From contig NEEC01000009.1 of the NCBI GenBank assembly GCA_002189035.1, forward strand, positions 1,488,001-1,552,000: DNA of 64,000 nt, given 5' to 3'. The position numbers and the translations under genes are program-made. The DNA is from Utricularia gibba (taxonomy: Eukaryota; Plantae; Magnoliophyta). Positions within the stretch are counted from its first letter, which is position 1; the number at the start of each line of letters is the position of its first letter. Below the pieces are notes generated by a model. The model had not been told where the DNA came from, did no database searches, and saw nothing but the letters and a program-made list of their open reading frames with translations. Of this stretch, positions 24,253 to 36,007 are shown piece by piece.

Positions 24253-27200
24253 ATGGCCATGGTGGCTCAGCAGCGCAGGGATGGCAGCAGTAGGAGCATT
24301 GATAAAAACATGGAAGCCGGAAAGTATGCCCGTTACACGGCGGAGCAGGTGGAGGCGCTTGAGAGAGTATACGCCGAGTGCCCAAAACCCAGTTCACTGC
24401 GCAGGCAGCAACTTATTCGTGAATGCCCAATTCTTGCAAACATTGAATCTAAGCAGATCAAAGTTTGGTTTCAGAACCGGAGGTGCTGGGAATATTTCCT
24501 TTTTTCTCCCGAAACCTTTTGGCTGTTGCTTTTCCCGACTCGTTTGTTCTGCATTTCAGTTAGTTTTTCTATTCACTTGTGGTTGCTTAGGCTGCATATA
24601 CTCTTCGAAACCCAAATTTCCATAATACATTGAGGAAATTTACGGTTTGCAACAAATGCAGGTGCCGGGAGAAGCAGAGAAAGGAATCTGGAAGACTTCA
24701 AACTGTAAACAGAAAGTTGTCCGCCATGAATAAACTATTGATGGAGGAAAATGACCGCCTACAGAAGCAGGTCTCGCAGCTTGTTTCAGAGAATGGACAT
24801 ATGAGGCAGCAACTGCACACCGTATGTCATGAAATGTTTTTCCTCAAAACATATTCTTTTACAGAAAGTCTCCATAACTGTTCCTGTTCCTGCTTTCTTA
24901 TCTTGAGTGCTATAGTTTCATCTGAAGGTTTCATTGGCTTAGTTCTGTATCAACTTCAATAAAATGGATAGATTTGCTTGAGTGTTACTCTCTTCGGAGT
25001 CCTTTTTCCCATCTTTGTAATATGTTGCTTAGCTTAGTTTGCCAGACTCAATGCCTTTACCTCAATGTTGCTGTTGAATTACCGCTACATTGGTTTTTCT
25101 GATTCTCAAGCCAGTCTTGATTTTTCTTCCTTAATTTTTCAAAAACGTGATTCACATATTCTAGTACCATCAGGCTTCTGGACCTGCTGGGGATGCAAGT
25201 TGCGAGTCTGCTGTAACTACACCTCAGCGTTCTATCAGAGATGCTAGTAATCCTGCTGGGTATTTCTCATCTCGTCTATTCCACTTGTTACCAAAAGTAT
25301 AATCCATATCAATGTAAATTCAGATGTTGAGGTTAACATTACATGGCGATTCCTTCTTTTGTAGACTTCTTTCTATTGCAGAGGGGACCCTGGCTGAGTT
25401 CCTTTCAAAGGCAACGGGAACGGCTGTTGATTGGGTCCAGATGCCTGGGATGAAGGTTTGATTATATAAAAATATGCAGCTCTGGACGAAGAGATGCAAT
25501 CTTTGAAATTTAACTAGTGCTGATAAATTTACAGCCTGGTCCGGGATCAGTTGGCATATTTGCCATTTCACAACATTGTGGTGGTGTGGCAGCTCGAGCC
25601 TGCAGTCTTGTTAGCTTGGAGCCGACCAAGGTTTACATAACTGAGGGTTCATAATTCATTGCCAGCTTGTTTGTTAGTTTGTTTACTGTTCAATTATGTG
25701 TGATGAACAGATCGTGGAGATTCTTAAAGATCGCCCTTCTTGGTATCGTGATTGTAGAAGCCTGGATGTCTTCACCATGTTTCCTGCTGGAAATGGTGGA
25801 ACAATTGAACTGTTGTATATGCAGGTTATTGATTAGGAAATTGTTTTTGGCTTAGGGATGGTTTTTTTTTCTCCATCTCTGAGGATTTCAAACTCCTTAT
25901 TTTCTTAGACATATGCTCCAACAACGTTGGTTCCAGCTCATGATTTCTGGACCCTGAGATACACAACCACCTTAGACAATGGCAGCCTTGTGGTACAGTT
26001 ATCTTCCAATTGCATTTTTGTTGTCCATGCTCTTTAAGGGCATTCTGCTGTGAAGTTGAAATGGCCTACATTTAATAACTCAATTCTGGTGTCCCAAGGT
26101 ATGCGAACGATCTCTTTCAGGCTCAGGAGCTGCACCAAATGGTGCTGCAGCTTCACAGTTCATAAGGGCTGAAATGCTTCCATCTGGTTATCTAATCCGG
26201 CCATGCGATGGTGGGGGATCCATCATTCACATTGTCGATCACCTTAACCTCGAGGTATTGCCAAGTCACAGGCTAATGTTTTAACTTTTTAACTCTAATC
26301 TTACTGACATCCTGTTTCAAGGCATGGAATGTTCCAGAGGTTTTGCGTCCTCTCTATGAATCATCAAAGTTCTTGGCTCAGAAAATGACAATTGCAGTGA
26401 GTACACTATGCATTCTTTCTAGTAAACGAAGTGCAGTAACATCCTTTAACTCGATGGGTTGCATAAAAAAATGAAGCTTGTTATGAAAATGTGCTCACTA
26501 GGCCCTGAGATATATACGGCAGATAGCCCATGATTTAAGTGGTGAGATAGTCCATACCATCTCCAGGCAGCCAGCGGTTTTAAGAACTTTCAGCCACAGA
26601 CTAAGCAGGTAGTTTTGCCTCACTTCCAAGCACCTAGTTCTGAAAAAATGTTTCAATGATGTTTATTTCATATCTTGGTTTTGTTCTACAGAGGTTTTAA
26701 TGATGCGGTGAATGGGTTTAACGATGATGGCTGGTCCTTGCTTACCTGTGCGGACACTGAAGATGTTGTGCTTGCCATTGGGCCAATGAAGAATCTATCG
26801 GCAACACAAAGGAGGATCTCACTTGTTGGTAGTGTTCTCTGTGCAAAAGCCTCTATGCTCCTTCAGGTGATTATCAACATTTCCTTTACTTATCTTTTCC
26901 ATTACTTTTCATCCATAGTCTGTTTGTGTATGCACAGAATGTCCCTCCAGCAATGCTAGTTCGATTTCTAAGAGAGCATCGATCTGAGTGGGCTGACTTC
27001 AGTATTGATGCTTACGTTGCTTCTGCTCTTAAAAACACATATGCCTATCCGGGTATGAGGCAGACTAGGTTCACCGGGAGCCACATTGCAATGCAGCTTG
27101 GTCATACAATGGAACATGAAGAGGTATATTTGCATCCCCTTTTGTCCCAGGTTCACAATTTATGCCGATGGCTAGTTAGTCAATATTTCTCTGGTTTTTT

Positions 27201-28522
27201 CATGCCATAGATGCTCGAAGTTGTTAGGCTGGAGGGACAACTGGTCAGTCATGAAGATGCATTTGTGTCAAGAGACATCCATCTCTTGCAGGTGTTCATG
27301 TAGTCAAATGGTTTTGCTGACACCTTATGCTATGAAACTCATAAAATTCTGTGGTTCCTGAGCTTTCACAGATGTGCAGCGGCATCGATGAGGATGGTGT
27401 TGGAGCTTGTGCTGAGCTCATTTTTGCACCTATTGATGAAATGTTTCCAGATGATGTGCATCTGCTCCCATCTGGTTTTCGTATTATCCCTCTTCATAAG
27501 AAATCAGTTCAGCTCCCTGCTCTGCTTTTCTCTCCTCCCTTGTTGCATTATCTTCCATAACTAATCATCTTTCATGCGTGGTATCTTTAGGATCTGTTCG
27601 TGCCTGATGAAACATTTGATTCGGCATCACGTTTGAAAGCAGGCTTAACCATGAGTAGCAACAGCACAAGCCCCTCCAATCGTTGCAGCTCCCGGTCTGT
27701 GCTGACAATCGCATTCCAGTTCCCATTTGAGAGCAGTTTGCAGGAAAACGTAGCTACAATGGCACGACAATACGTTCGTAGTGTGATTTCCTCGGTGCAG
27801 AGAGTTGCCATGGCTATATCACCAGCAGCCACCCGAACCAAGCTTTGTTTGGCCTCCCCAGAAGATGAAACACTTGCTCACTGGGTTTGCCAAAGCTACA
27901 GGTACCATTAAAACTGAATTGAAACAAGCGCTTTTTCTCTTCTTTCTTAGGTTAATCTGTTTCCTTGTCAGCTACCACATTGGTGCTGAGCTGCTGAAAC
28001 CTGAATCCGAGAGCAGTGATGCTGTTCTGAAAGCACTATGGCAGCACCCAGATGCAATTCTCTGCTGCTCTTTAAAGGTGCGATCTTTGCTTTTTCCTAA
28101 AACCACTAGATTTCAGTCACTAACCGTATGAATTCCTGTTGCCTGTCATACAGGCAGCCCCTGTCTACAAGTTTGCCAACCAGTCGGGATTGGACTTGCT
28201 GGAGACGACCCTCGCCTCCCTTCAGGACATCAAGATAGACAAGATATTCGATGATCTGGGGCGAAAGGCATTGTTCTCTGAGTTCCCCACGATCATGCAA
28301 CAGGTACTGAAACAAACTTGATCATGCATGCATCTGTTGGCTCATTTCAGCTAAACTCCCGGATGCTTTCAGGGATTTGCGAACCTGCCAGGAGGCATAT
28401 GTATATCAACGATGGGGCGGCATGCTTCATACGAGCATGCCCTTGTCTGGAAAGTCTTCACTGAAGAAGAAAATGAGGTTCATTGCCTAGCCTTCTCCTT
28501 CGTCAACTGGTGCTTTGTGTAA
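24253..28522 (+). CDS. REV: Class III HD-ZIP transcription factor, REVOLUTA-like (homeodomain, leucine zipper, START, MEKHLA)
   Basis: GKYARYTAEQVEALERVYAECPKPSSLRRQQL...KVWFQNRRCREKQRKE; WVQMPGMKPGPGS; CSSRSVLTIAFQFPFE; ends HCLAFSFVNWCFV*. The exons traced are in phase. Confidence 0.95.
25445..25544 (+). promoter_or_regulatory. miR165/166 target site split by an intron
   Basis: CTGGGATGAAG (25445-25455) spliced to CCTGGTCCGG (25535-25544) gives the canonical HD-ZIP III site complementary to miR166. Confidence 0.9.
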
Positions 28523-29048
28523 ATTCTGCAATCCTGAATTTGTGTTTGGCTCCTGTTTCGGTTTTGATCCTGTAGTAGTTGGCTTGGTTTTGTTCACACA
28601 GGTTTTGTATCTGTTGTATGTCATGTAAACGAACACAAATGCAATGGCACATGAGACTTGGTTTCAGATCGTCATAATTCTCATCATCCATTACCAACAG
28701 CAATCAGAATCAATAAGAGAAAACAAACCACACAACCTGCAGGAGTCTCAAGCTTACTCAGCTCTCTAAGTGCATGACAAGGCAAGACTAAGTTTCGAAA
28801 TGGGGTTTGAAAGAAAAGATACCTGGATGGTACAGTTAGCAGTGAGCTAAAGCTGCACAGATCTGCATGTCGAAAGGCTTGTGCTAAACAAATGCAGCCA
28901 TGATAGGCTTCACAGAAGTTCAAGTTCTCACCTGAATGGTTCGCCTCGTTCTGATCTGTGACCATTGGTTGCAATACCAACACATCATGTTAAACATCTG
29001 ACCTATCTGTTGCACACATTTCTGCAGCCTTTTGTACATCTACTTAAA

Positions 29049-30793
29049 CTATTCGGATCTAGATGAATCAAGACCCTGGCTTTCATCTCTCTGCGCTTCT
29101 AGAAGTTGATCAGATCCAAGTGCAGATGCAGGCGCCCGCATGAGCTCTGCTCTTGGTGAGCTTGTAGTAACTCCGAAATTTGACACTGTTGTGATGCTTC
29201 CATACGCTGCATTGGCATCTATATCTTCATTAGACTCGTGCACCTCAGCAAAGATTGGCTGCCCAAAAAGCAGAAACTGTGGAGTCCTCTGTTCACAGGG
29301 TTTCTCTTGCACCTTCCTAGAACTTCCGATGCTCAAGTTGCATGATACATTTTCCTTGTCATCCAACGTGGTCTTACTCACAATATCAACATTAGGACAA
29401 GGATGAAGATCAGCGCAGTTACTGGGGAACAACCCCATCTGGAATTTGTTACCATAACCGAGATCTGCAAGCATGGCTTGACCTTGCCTGGCTCCCTGTT
29501 TGCCAGAATGCATGTCATCTTCCGGAACGAACAGTGGATTGTTTGGCACCAACGGCATCCTTGCAAAAGAGGGTATTGGAATATCATGCTCAAATGGGAA
29601 ATCCAAACCAAAGGATGCTCGCAGCTTCTTCCTTTTCTCACAAAAGAGTGACAGAGGGGGAAACTGCACCCCTGATTTGATCTCCACTGACCAGGGGTTC
29701 ACACACTTCACATTCTGCAGACGTTTAGGCTCGTCCCAAGTAACCTACAGAAGCATGATTTAGAATGATCATTGCAAAAAGATTGAAAGAGGCTTAGTTC
29801 AGCTACCTGAAGGGATTTCCATGGCGAATCAGGCCATCTATGCGGGTCCTTGATTTCAAATGAGTTTACAGTTCCAGTAAACCAACTAACTTTAGATGTC
29901 TCATCAGTTTCCAATGCCATCTGGAACGTCATCCCACTACACCATTGAATCCTCATTGCAGCTGCCACAGACGAAGCACTAACACAAAACTCAGATGTGT
30001 TCGAGCGTGGATAGTATTCTACCTCAAATGGTTGGGAGCTAGCAGCCAAGTATGCGGCCTCAAGAACAGACTCAGGCCTCACTTTCCTGTCAGCAGTAAG
30101 GAGTTTACTATTTCTTTCATCAAACGATCCACCAAGACTGAAACTTTTTTTGGCCTTTCGAACTCCGATGAAAAGCTCTCCATTTTCTGCCCTGATGAAA
30201 ACTACGGAATCGCCAGCAATGAGACGCTTTTGGTTCACAAAATTGCTCCACCCTGTTGTCAGCAAGTGTCGCAGTGGCGTCCCACGATGAATGTGCCTAA
30301 ACTTCCAAGTCCCGCCATGCACATCTTTGCAGAAGATATCCTGAACTGGAGGATTAGCACTGTAATCCAGAGGAGGCAAAATTGTTTCAGCCAAGTTTCT
30401 GGGAACTGATAATCCTCCACCATTGTTGGCATCAGATTGTGTCAGTATCTTCTCAGAAGACATGCATTTGGTCATGTCACCACTTTGCATATCATTTGAA
30501 CCAAAATCAATGTTTTTTTCCAATAAGGGATCAAGGCGAATTATTGCATAAATCTCATCGCTTTCAGGGTTCACCAAATATCTTGCTGCGATGATTCTAC
30601 ATGGAATCATAGATGGAATATTTGGAAAACATCCAAAATCTACATCAGTAAGAGTATGTTCACCATGCCCTTGTGGAAAATAAAATACTTGCAAATTCTT
30701 GTGAGGAATCTTTATAATGCTGCCAGCTAAAACATGCCATATATCTCGATCTATATTTGTTTCTCTTCTTTTCATGCCTTCTCCGTTCTCCAT
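29049..30793 (-). CDS. Auxin response factor, ARF10/16/17 clade; divergent; PB1 domain truncated
   Basis: FYFPQGHGEH; B3 domain KILTQSDANNGGGLSVPR...WKFRHIHRGTPLRHLLTTGWSNFVN; conserved LQ|VTWDEP intron; FLLFGQPI repression-type motif; miR160 site. Confidence 0.9.
29485..29505 (-). promoter_or_regulatory. miR160 target site in the ARF coding sequence
   Basis: Plus strand reads TGCCTGGCTCCCTGTTTGCCA, matching miR160 (UGCCUGGCUCCCUGUAUGCCA) except at position 16. Confidence 0.92.
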
Positions 30794-31978
30794 CAGATAT
30801 GTTTTCCCCTAAAAAATCAAACAAAAATCCCATTGAGAGAATAGCATTCAAAAGCATGTATGAACCACCAAAGAATTGAATTACTAAAGAAGAATTGAAT
30901 TGATAATGAAAATCACCCAAAACCAATAAAGATAAACCCTTTTTTAGGTCATCTTTTTAGAATCCTAACATAAGAGATTTTGGAGTTTACCTTGTGAAAG
31001 TAGCTTATGAGAAGTGGGCGGTTATGAGAATTCAAATCTATCAAAATCTTATATTGTGTATAAAACATAATAATTCATCATTAGTTAAAGTATGATAAAA
31101 AATAAAACAGAAAAGACAAAATACATAATATGGATAATAATTAGAATTTAATTATTTAAATGAGAATACTAATTCCAAAAATCCATAAGAATGTTATATC
31201 ATACTTTAAAACAAAATATTTTCTCCCTAAGCAAAGTACGAGAGAGAGAGAGAAATCTGCTCGTGTTGTGTCTCTCTCTATTGGCAGTTGCGACAATCTT
31301 GGAAGCTGACGTTGTAACAGTGAGAAAAGATGATAGAGGCAACCAGGTGATGTGGTAACAGGAACTCGGACACTAGCTTTTGGTATGCTTTTCAGTGTCT
31401 TGCATGAGCCACTGGTTTCAAGAACTGAGTCTGGAAAAATCTGGACTCACAGAACCCCTCGGGATTAATATGCTGGAGGACATTTTTAGCTGGTAGTTCT
31501 TGACAACAGTCTGAAAACTTCACTAATCTTCAAAGGCTGGTTTAGCTACGGGAAAGATGATCAGAACAAAGCAGATAAAATCAATAATGATCACATAATT
31601 CTTCACACAAGCATGTAAGGTAGCATCCAGACATATCCCTCCGGAATCATTTTAGTGGGAGGAGCAGTATGCCCGACACGGCGGAGCAGGGGGAAACAGA
31701 AAACTACAGAAGAAGAGGGGTGGCCGCAATGGCAAGACAGGCGATGTAGAAATTTCATTTCATTTCATTTTCATCCTTTGTTTTTTCAAATTTTTTGTAA
31801 TCTTAAATTTAATATGTATGCATGTAACATTGCATTGTTTTGATCATACACTATAGGGAAAGCTGATGGTTCATGTTTCTAAAGAGAGAGAATGGCATCA
31901 TACATCCCATGGTACGCAGCTCTGTACTGCTGAAAACTAGCAATGCTTGTGGTTCACAGGAAACCGTTGTAGGGAAAG

Positions 31979-33384
31979 CTAGAACCAGGGGTGTCCAGAG
32001 CGAATCAGGTTGGATGTTAACCTGGAAAGATCGCTCAGGAAGCCTTTTTTCAGCTTACTTGGAGATGGGTCTTCACAGGCTGATGGGACTGAGCTTCCCT
32101 TGTAAGCGTTGCAGATGTATGTTATGAAGTTTGTGTAGTCCTGTTGCACAAGACAATGAAATCATCAAAGCTCGATATTGACCCTATCCTGCTCATATGC
32201 AGGCTAACTTTCATTAGCTTCATCAAGGGATCAGCAACTTGATAGCAAGTTTTCAAATTGAGGCTGCTTGCTTCTGAAGGAACATGCATACTTACTTCAT
32301 ACAGTGGTTGCCCGTCTACAACCACCCAAGGCACATATTTATGGGGTGGTTGGAGTGCGTTTGTTTCTGCTGCATATTTGAGTTCAAGCTGCACAGAAAC
32401 GACTCGACTGAACATGTATCTGGTGAATTAATGTGAATCTGAAGGTGATTTGGGTAAGAGGTAGAGAAACAAACCTCTGTTCCTTGCCCACTTTTGTAAC
32501 AATCAGCAACAGAAGATGCATCCAGGCCAAGTTGCTCGAAACATGTCTCCCAGTAGGTGTAGTTGTGGTGATATACGAGGCTTTCCACACAGTAAATAAA
32601 TGGAAAATGCACATTCTGTAGAATTTGACACCAAGCAGTGTCAGCAATGACCTTTTACAGCGAAAGAAAACATCATTATCCAGAAAATGCTAACCACATC
32701 AGGCCAGGCATCAATGGCACAGGCCTCAACAGTATTCAAAAGGCATTCATTTGCTCCATGCTGCCAATAACAAGACATTAATATTCAGTTGAAAGCGAAA
32801 TATGTAGTGCAAACGCAACAAGGAAGAGACACCAAGCGAAATATAACATCCATGATGGTTTGCCTTTTAGAAAGTGACCAAGGAACGTAAATGAAAAGAC
32901 CACAACAAAACAGTGATCGATAAATAGACAAACGAATGAAGTTTGAACACATTTTTGCTTCTACTATTCAAAGAGAAAGTGCAGTTCGGCTAGCTCTCAC
33001 AAGATCCGTGATGGCTGTCAGCAATAAACATTAACTTCCCCTTTGTCCCAGGGCACCAAAATATATAACAAGTTTAAACAGAGCTGACCGCTCACAAAAA
33101 CTAACATAGAGGGTTAACTATAAAAAGACCTGGCACTTGAACTCATGGCTGCCAAGAAGTTTCGCATTGCCCCAGGGCACAAGATTCAGATCAACAACGT
33201 CAATCAACCCATTAGTGAACAACAAAGCTAAAGAATCGACAATAAATCCAGCACTGTAAGGACAAAGGCTTTCATAGTATAAACCAACAGAGACTCTACT
33301 GCATGAAATAGAAGAAACTAGTGATGCCAGAAGCAGCAACTGAAGATTCTTTAGGGAGCGAGAGCAAGCCATAGCAGAAGGCAT
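31979..33384 (-). CDS. GILT: GILT (gamma-interferon-inducible lysosomal thiol reductase)-like protein using first exon B (CPYS)
   Basis: Exon B 33384/33372-33130 (LYYESLCPYSAGFI...VPWGNAK...FKCQ); exon 2 32760-32695 HGANECLLNTVEACAIDAWPDV; exon 3 32615-32475; exon 4 32388-32296 PPHKYVPWVVVDGQPLYE; exon 5 DYTNFITYICNAYKG. The 3' end is less certain. Confidence 0.88.
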
Positions 33385-33618
33385 GGAAGTGGGAGTTCCA
33401 AGAATCGAAGATGAAGATATTTGGGAAAAATGGGTTCCAAGAAAACCCCCCAAAAATGCTCACATGTGTATCTTGTTAGCTCATCGTGGCAATTTTAATG
33501 TGTGCCACTAGTTCATATCCCATTGGTTGATTTCCCTAGAGCCAGCCATATCTTCCCAACTAAATCACGGAAAAGCAAGACAAACAGCTATGGACTATGA
33601 AATGAAACAGAGGAGTAC

Positions 33619-33855
33619 CTGACATTTGATGGTGCCGTCGGCAGCGATTTTTGCGTTTCCGTAAGGTAGTAGCTTCAGATCAGTGATTGGTGCGAGCCCG
33701 GAATCAAAGAGCTTGTTGAGGTAATTGGCGATGAAGTTGGAGCAATACGGGCACAGAGTCTCGTAGTAGAGCTCGAGGGTTACTTTGTCGCCGGTTTCTA
33801 CGGCGGCAGAAGAAACGACGATTGAGATAATGAAGAAGGCCCGAAAAACATTCAT
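33619..33855 (-). CDS. Second GILT first exon (exon A): signal peptide plus CPYC active site; alternative first exon or orphan
   Basis: 79 codons MNVFRAFFIISIVVSSAAVE...LYYETLCPYCSNFI...LLPYGNAK...IKCQ followed by a GT donor at phase 0, the same position as exon B. Confidence 0.8.
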
Positions 33856-33896
33856 GGCGCAAAAGCTCCACCTGTCCTTTCCTTCTTCACAGTCAG

Positions 33897-33903
33897 TTAT
33901 ATA
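33897..33903 (-). promoter_or_regulatory. TATA box upstream of GILT exon A
   Basis: TATATAA on the minus strand ~42 nt upstream of the ATG at 33855; an ACGTG motif lies at ~33946-33950. Confidence 0.55.
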
Positions 33904-34043
33904 GGCAATTTTTTCTACTAATTAAACGCGTTGGAGGCTAGGAATCCACGTAAACCAGAAAAATGTTTCGATGAAGAGAAAGTACAGACAGCTTCAAACA
34001 TAAAACCAGAACAAAAGAATGAAAGCACTTCTGTGGGATCCCT

Positions 34044-36007
34044 TTACACAGCAGAAACCTTGGATTCTTTCTCGGACAGAAGCGGTGTAGTATCTCTTTC
34101 TTTAGTCTGCAAGACAAACTAATGTGAATCAAAATCGCATCTTTTTCCATGTGTGTGGTGTTTGAAGTGTGGTGTATGAAAGTACTTATTCGTACATGAG
34201 CTAAAGATGAAATGTCAACGATCTGCTTCTTCTTTGCCTCGTTGGTGCAAAAATACGAGTACATTCCCATGCCAACAATGGCGATGAGAATCCCCATGAT
34301 GTTTCTTGCAGTGAAGGGATCATGGAGAAGAGTGTATCCAAATGCAAGAACAAGACATGTTTTCAGATGACCCAGAACCTGGTAAGTAACTGGGGAAGTC
34401 TTCCCGATCACTAAGAACGTGCTGAAGTTGACAAACACGGCGATCAAGCATGAAAGTATGATGAATCCCTGAATAAGGAAAACAGGAAAATCTTCATCTT
34501 TGAGTGACAAAGGAGCTCGCAAAGGCTAAAAGAAGGGGCTTTTTACCAAAACAACTGGAGAGTAGGTGAAGCCAAAGACGTTTTGTTTCGTGAGGCATTG
34601 ATCCACAACAGGGCCTGTCAAGAAGAGAATGGCAGCCTGAAATGGGGCTGATTGGTATAGCAGCTGTGTCGAGGAGACGCTGAGTTTCTTCTGTATCGTG
34701 TTGGTTAGCTAAAGCAGGGAAAAGAGCAAACGTAATGAGTGAGTCTAGTTGAGCAAACGACTGGCTTAACCTATAGGAATGATGCTTACGATTTGGCCAA
34801 CACAAGTTGTTATAATCGCAAGAAGGGATAAAACTGTTCCGACGAAGTTTAGCTGAAGATCGGTGACTGAAGCTATCCCAACTCCAAGAAGTAGGACAAA
34901 CAGAGAAAACTTGATCTTCTGGCTGCATCATTACCAGAAAAACAGATATCAGTCGTAAGCATGTTTCTTGAAGCAGAAAAGTAGGCATCTTAGTGACCTG
35001 AATTGTTTATTCAAGAAGAGTGTCTCCAGCAGAACTGTGAAGGGTATAATGGCGAGTTTCGTCATCTGAAAGGGAGAACAAAAACATCAAGAAAGATACA
35101 GTTGCTGCATCCAGCTCTCTAAGGAACAAAAAGTTATATTAGATCACGAACAAGGAAAATGATACAGCACTAGCAATCCGAAGTGCACCTTATCCCAACA
35201 CTTCTACTATTGGGATCTGGTATGAGAGTGCACCTGATAGAATCCGATGGAGTTAAATCCCAAGCTGAGGTTGAGAAGTCCTATTGAAACACCATTCAGA
35301 ATACCAAAAAGGAAGACTGTCCTCCTTTCGATCGGTTTATTTTCAAAGAAGTTCAAGCGCAACGCCACATGAAGGCTGCAGTACGTCACCATCAAGTGCC
35401 AACTAGTGAGCGTCGTTGCTGAGAGTCATAGTGCAAATTCCAATCAGCAAGCAGAGTAGCATACATGAGCATTTTCATTTCATACAGAATCAAAATCAAC
35501 AACCAGGTGTGATCAACTCTATCCAATAGTTAATTAATTTCTTCGACTGAAGTCTCTGATATTTCTCACTGAAAAATCAAAGATTTCTCCAACATACAAA
35601 TGATCCTCTAAAACAACAATTCCATAGAAGAAGATGATTCAAGATACTAAGGAACAGGTATGAAATAAAACTCTTATTATGAATACCAGCAGAATGACGG
35701 CTGATAATGAAACTAAATGAAGCGACCAGCGCGAAATCAGGTGAAAAGAAGCAAGCACTGTGTCTATACGGTTTCGAATTGGACGTTCTACGAACACGTT
35801 GTGAATGAAATGAGCAAGATTCATTACTTTTAAGACAAAATCAATGCTTTAGGAAGAAGACAGGAAAAGGATCAATAACGATTTACCAAACTGAAAGCCG
35901 AGATTACTCATGAGTGCTTTGTTGCAGATGACTATGGATACAGAAGACGCCACCGAAAGAAACAATGCCCCAACAACTCCCAACTGGAATCCCGACGTCT
36001 CTCCCAT
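34044..36007 (-). CDS. Nucleotide-sugar transporter, UDP-xylose transporter (UXT)-like, TPT family
   Basis: MGETSGFQLGVVGALFLSVASSVSIVICNKALMSNLGF; ATTLTSWHL; LNLSLGFNSIGFYQMTKLAIIP; FSTFLVIGKTSPVTYQVLGHLKTCLVL. Confidence 0.92.

Noticed and set aside
25535-25550. miR166-resistant REV allele suggested by PGPGS
   Set aside because: The change lies 3' of the paired region; CTGGGATGAAGCCTGGTCCGG is intact.
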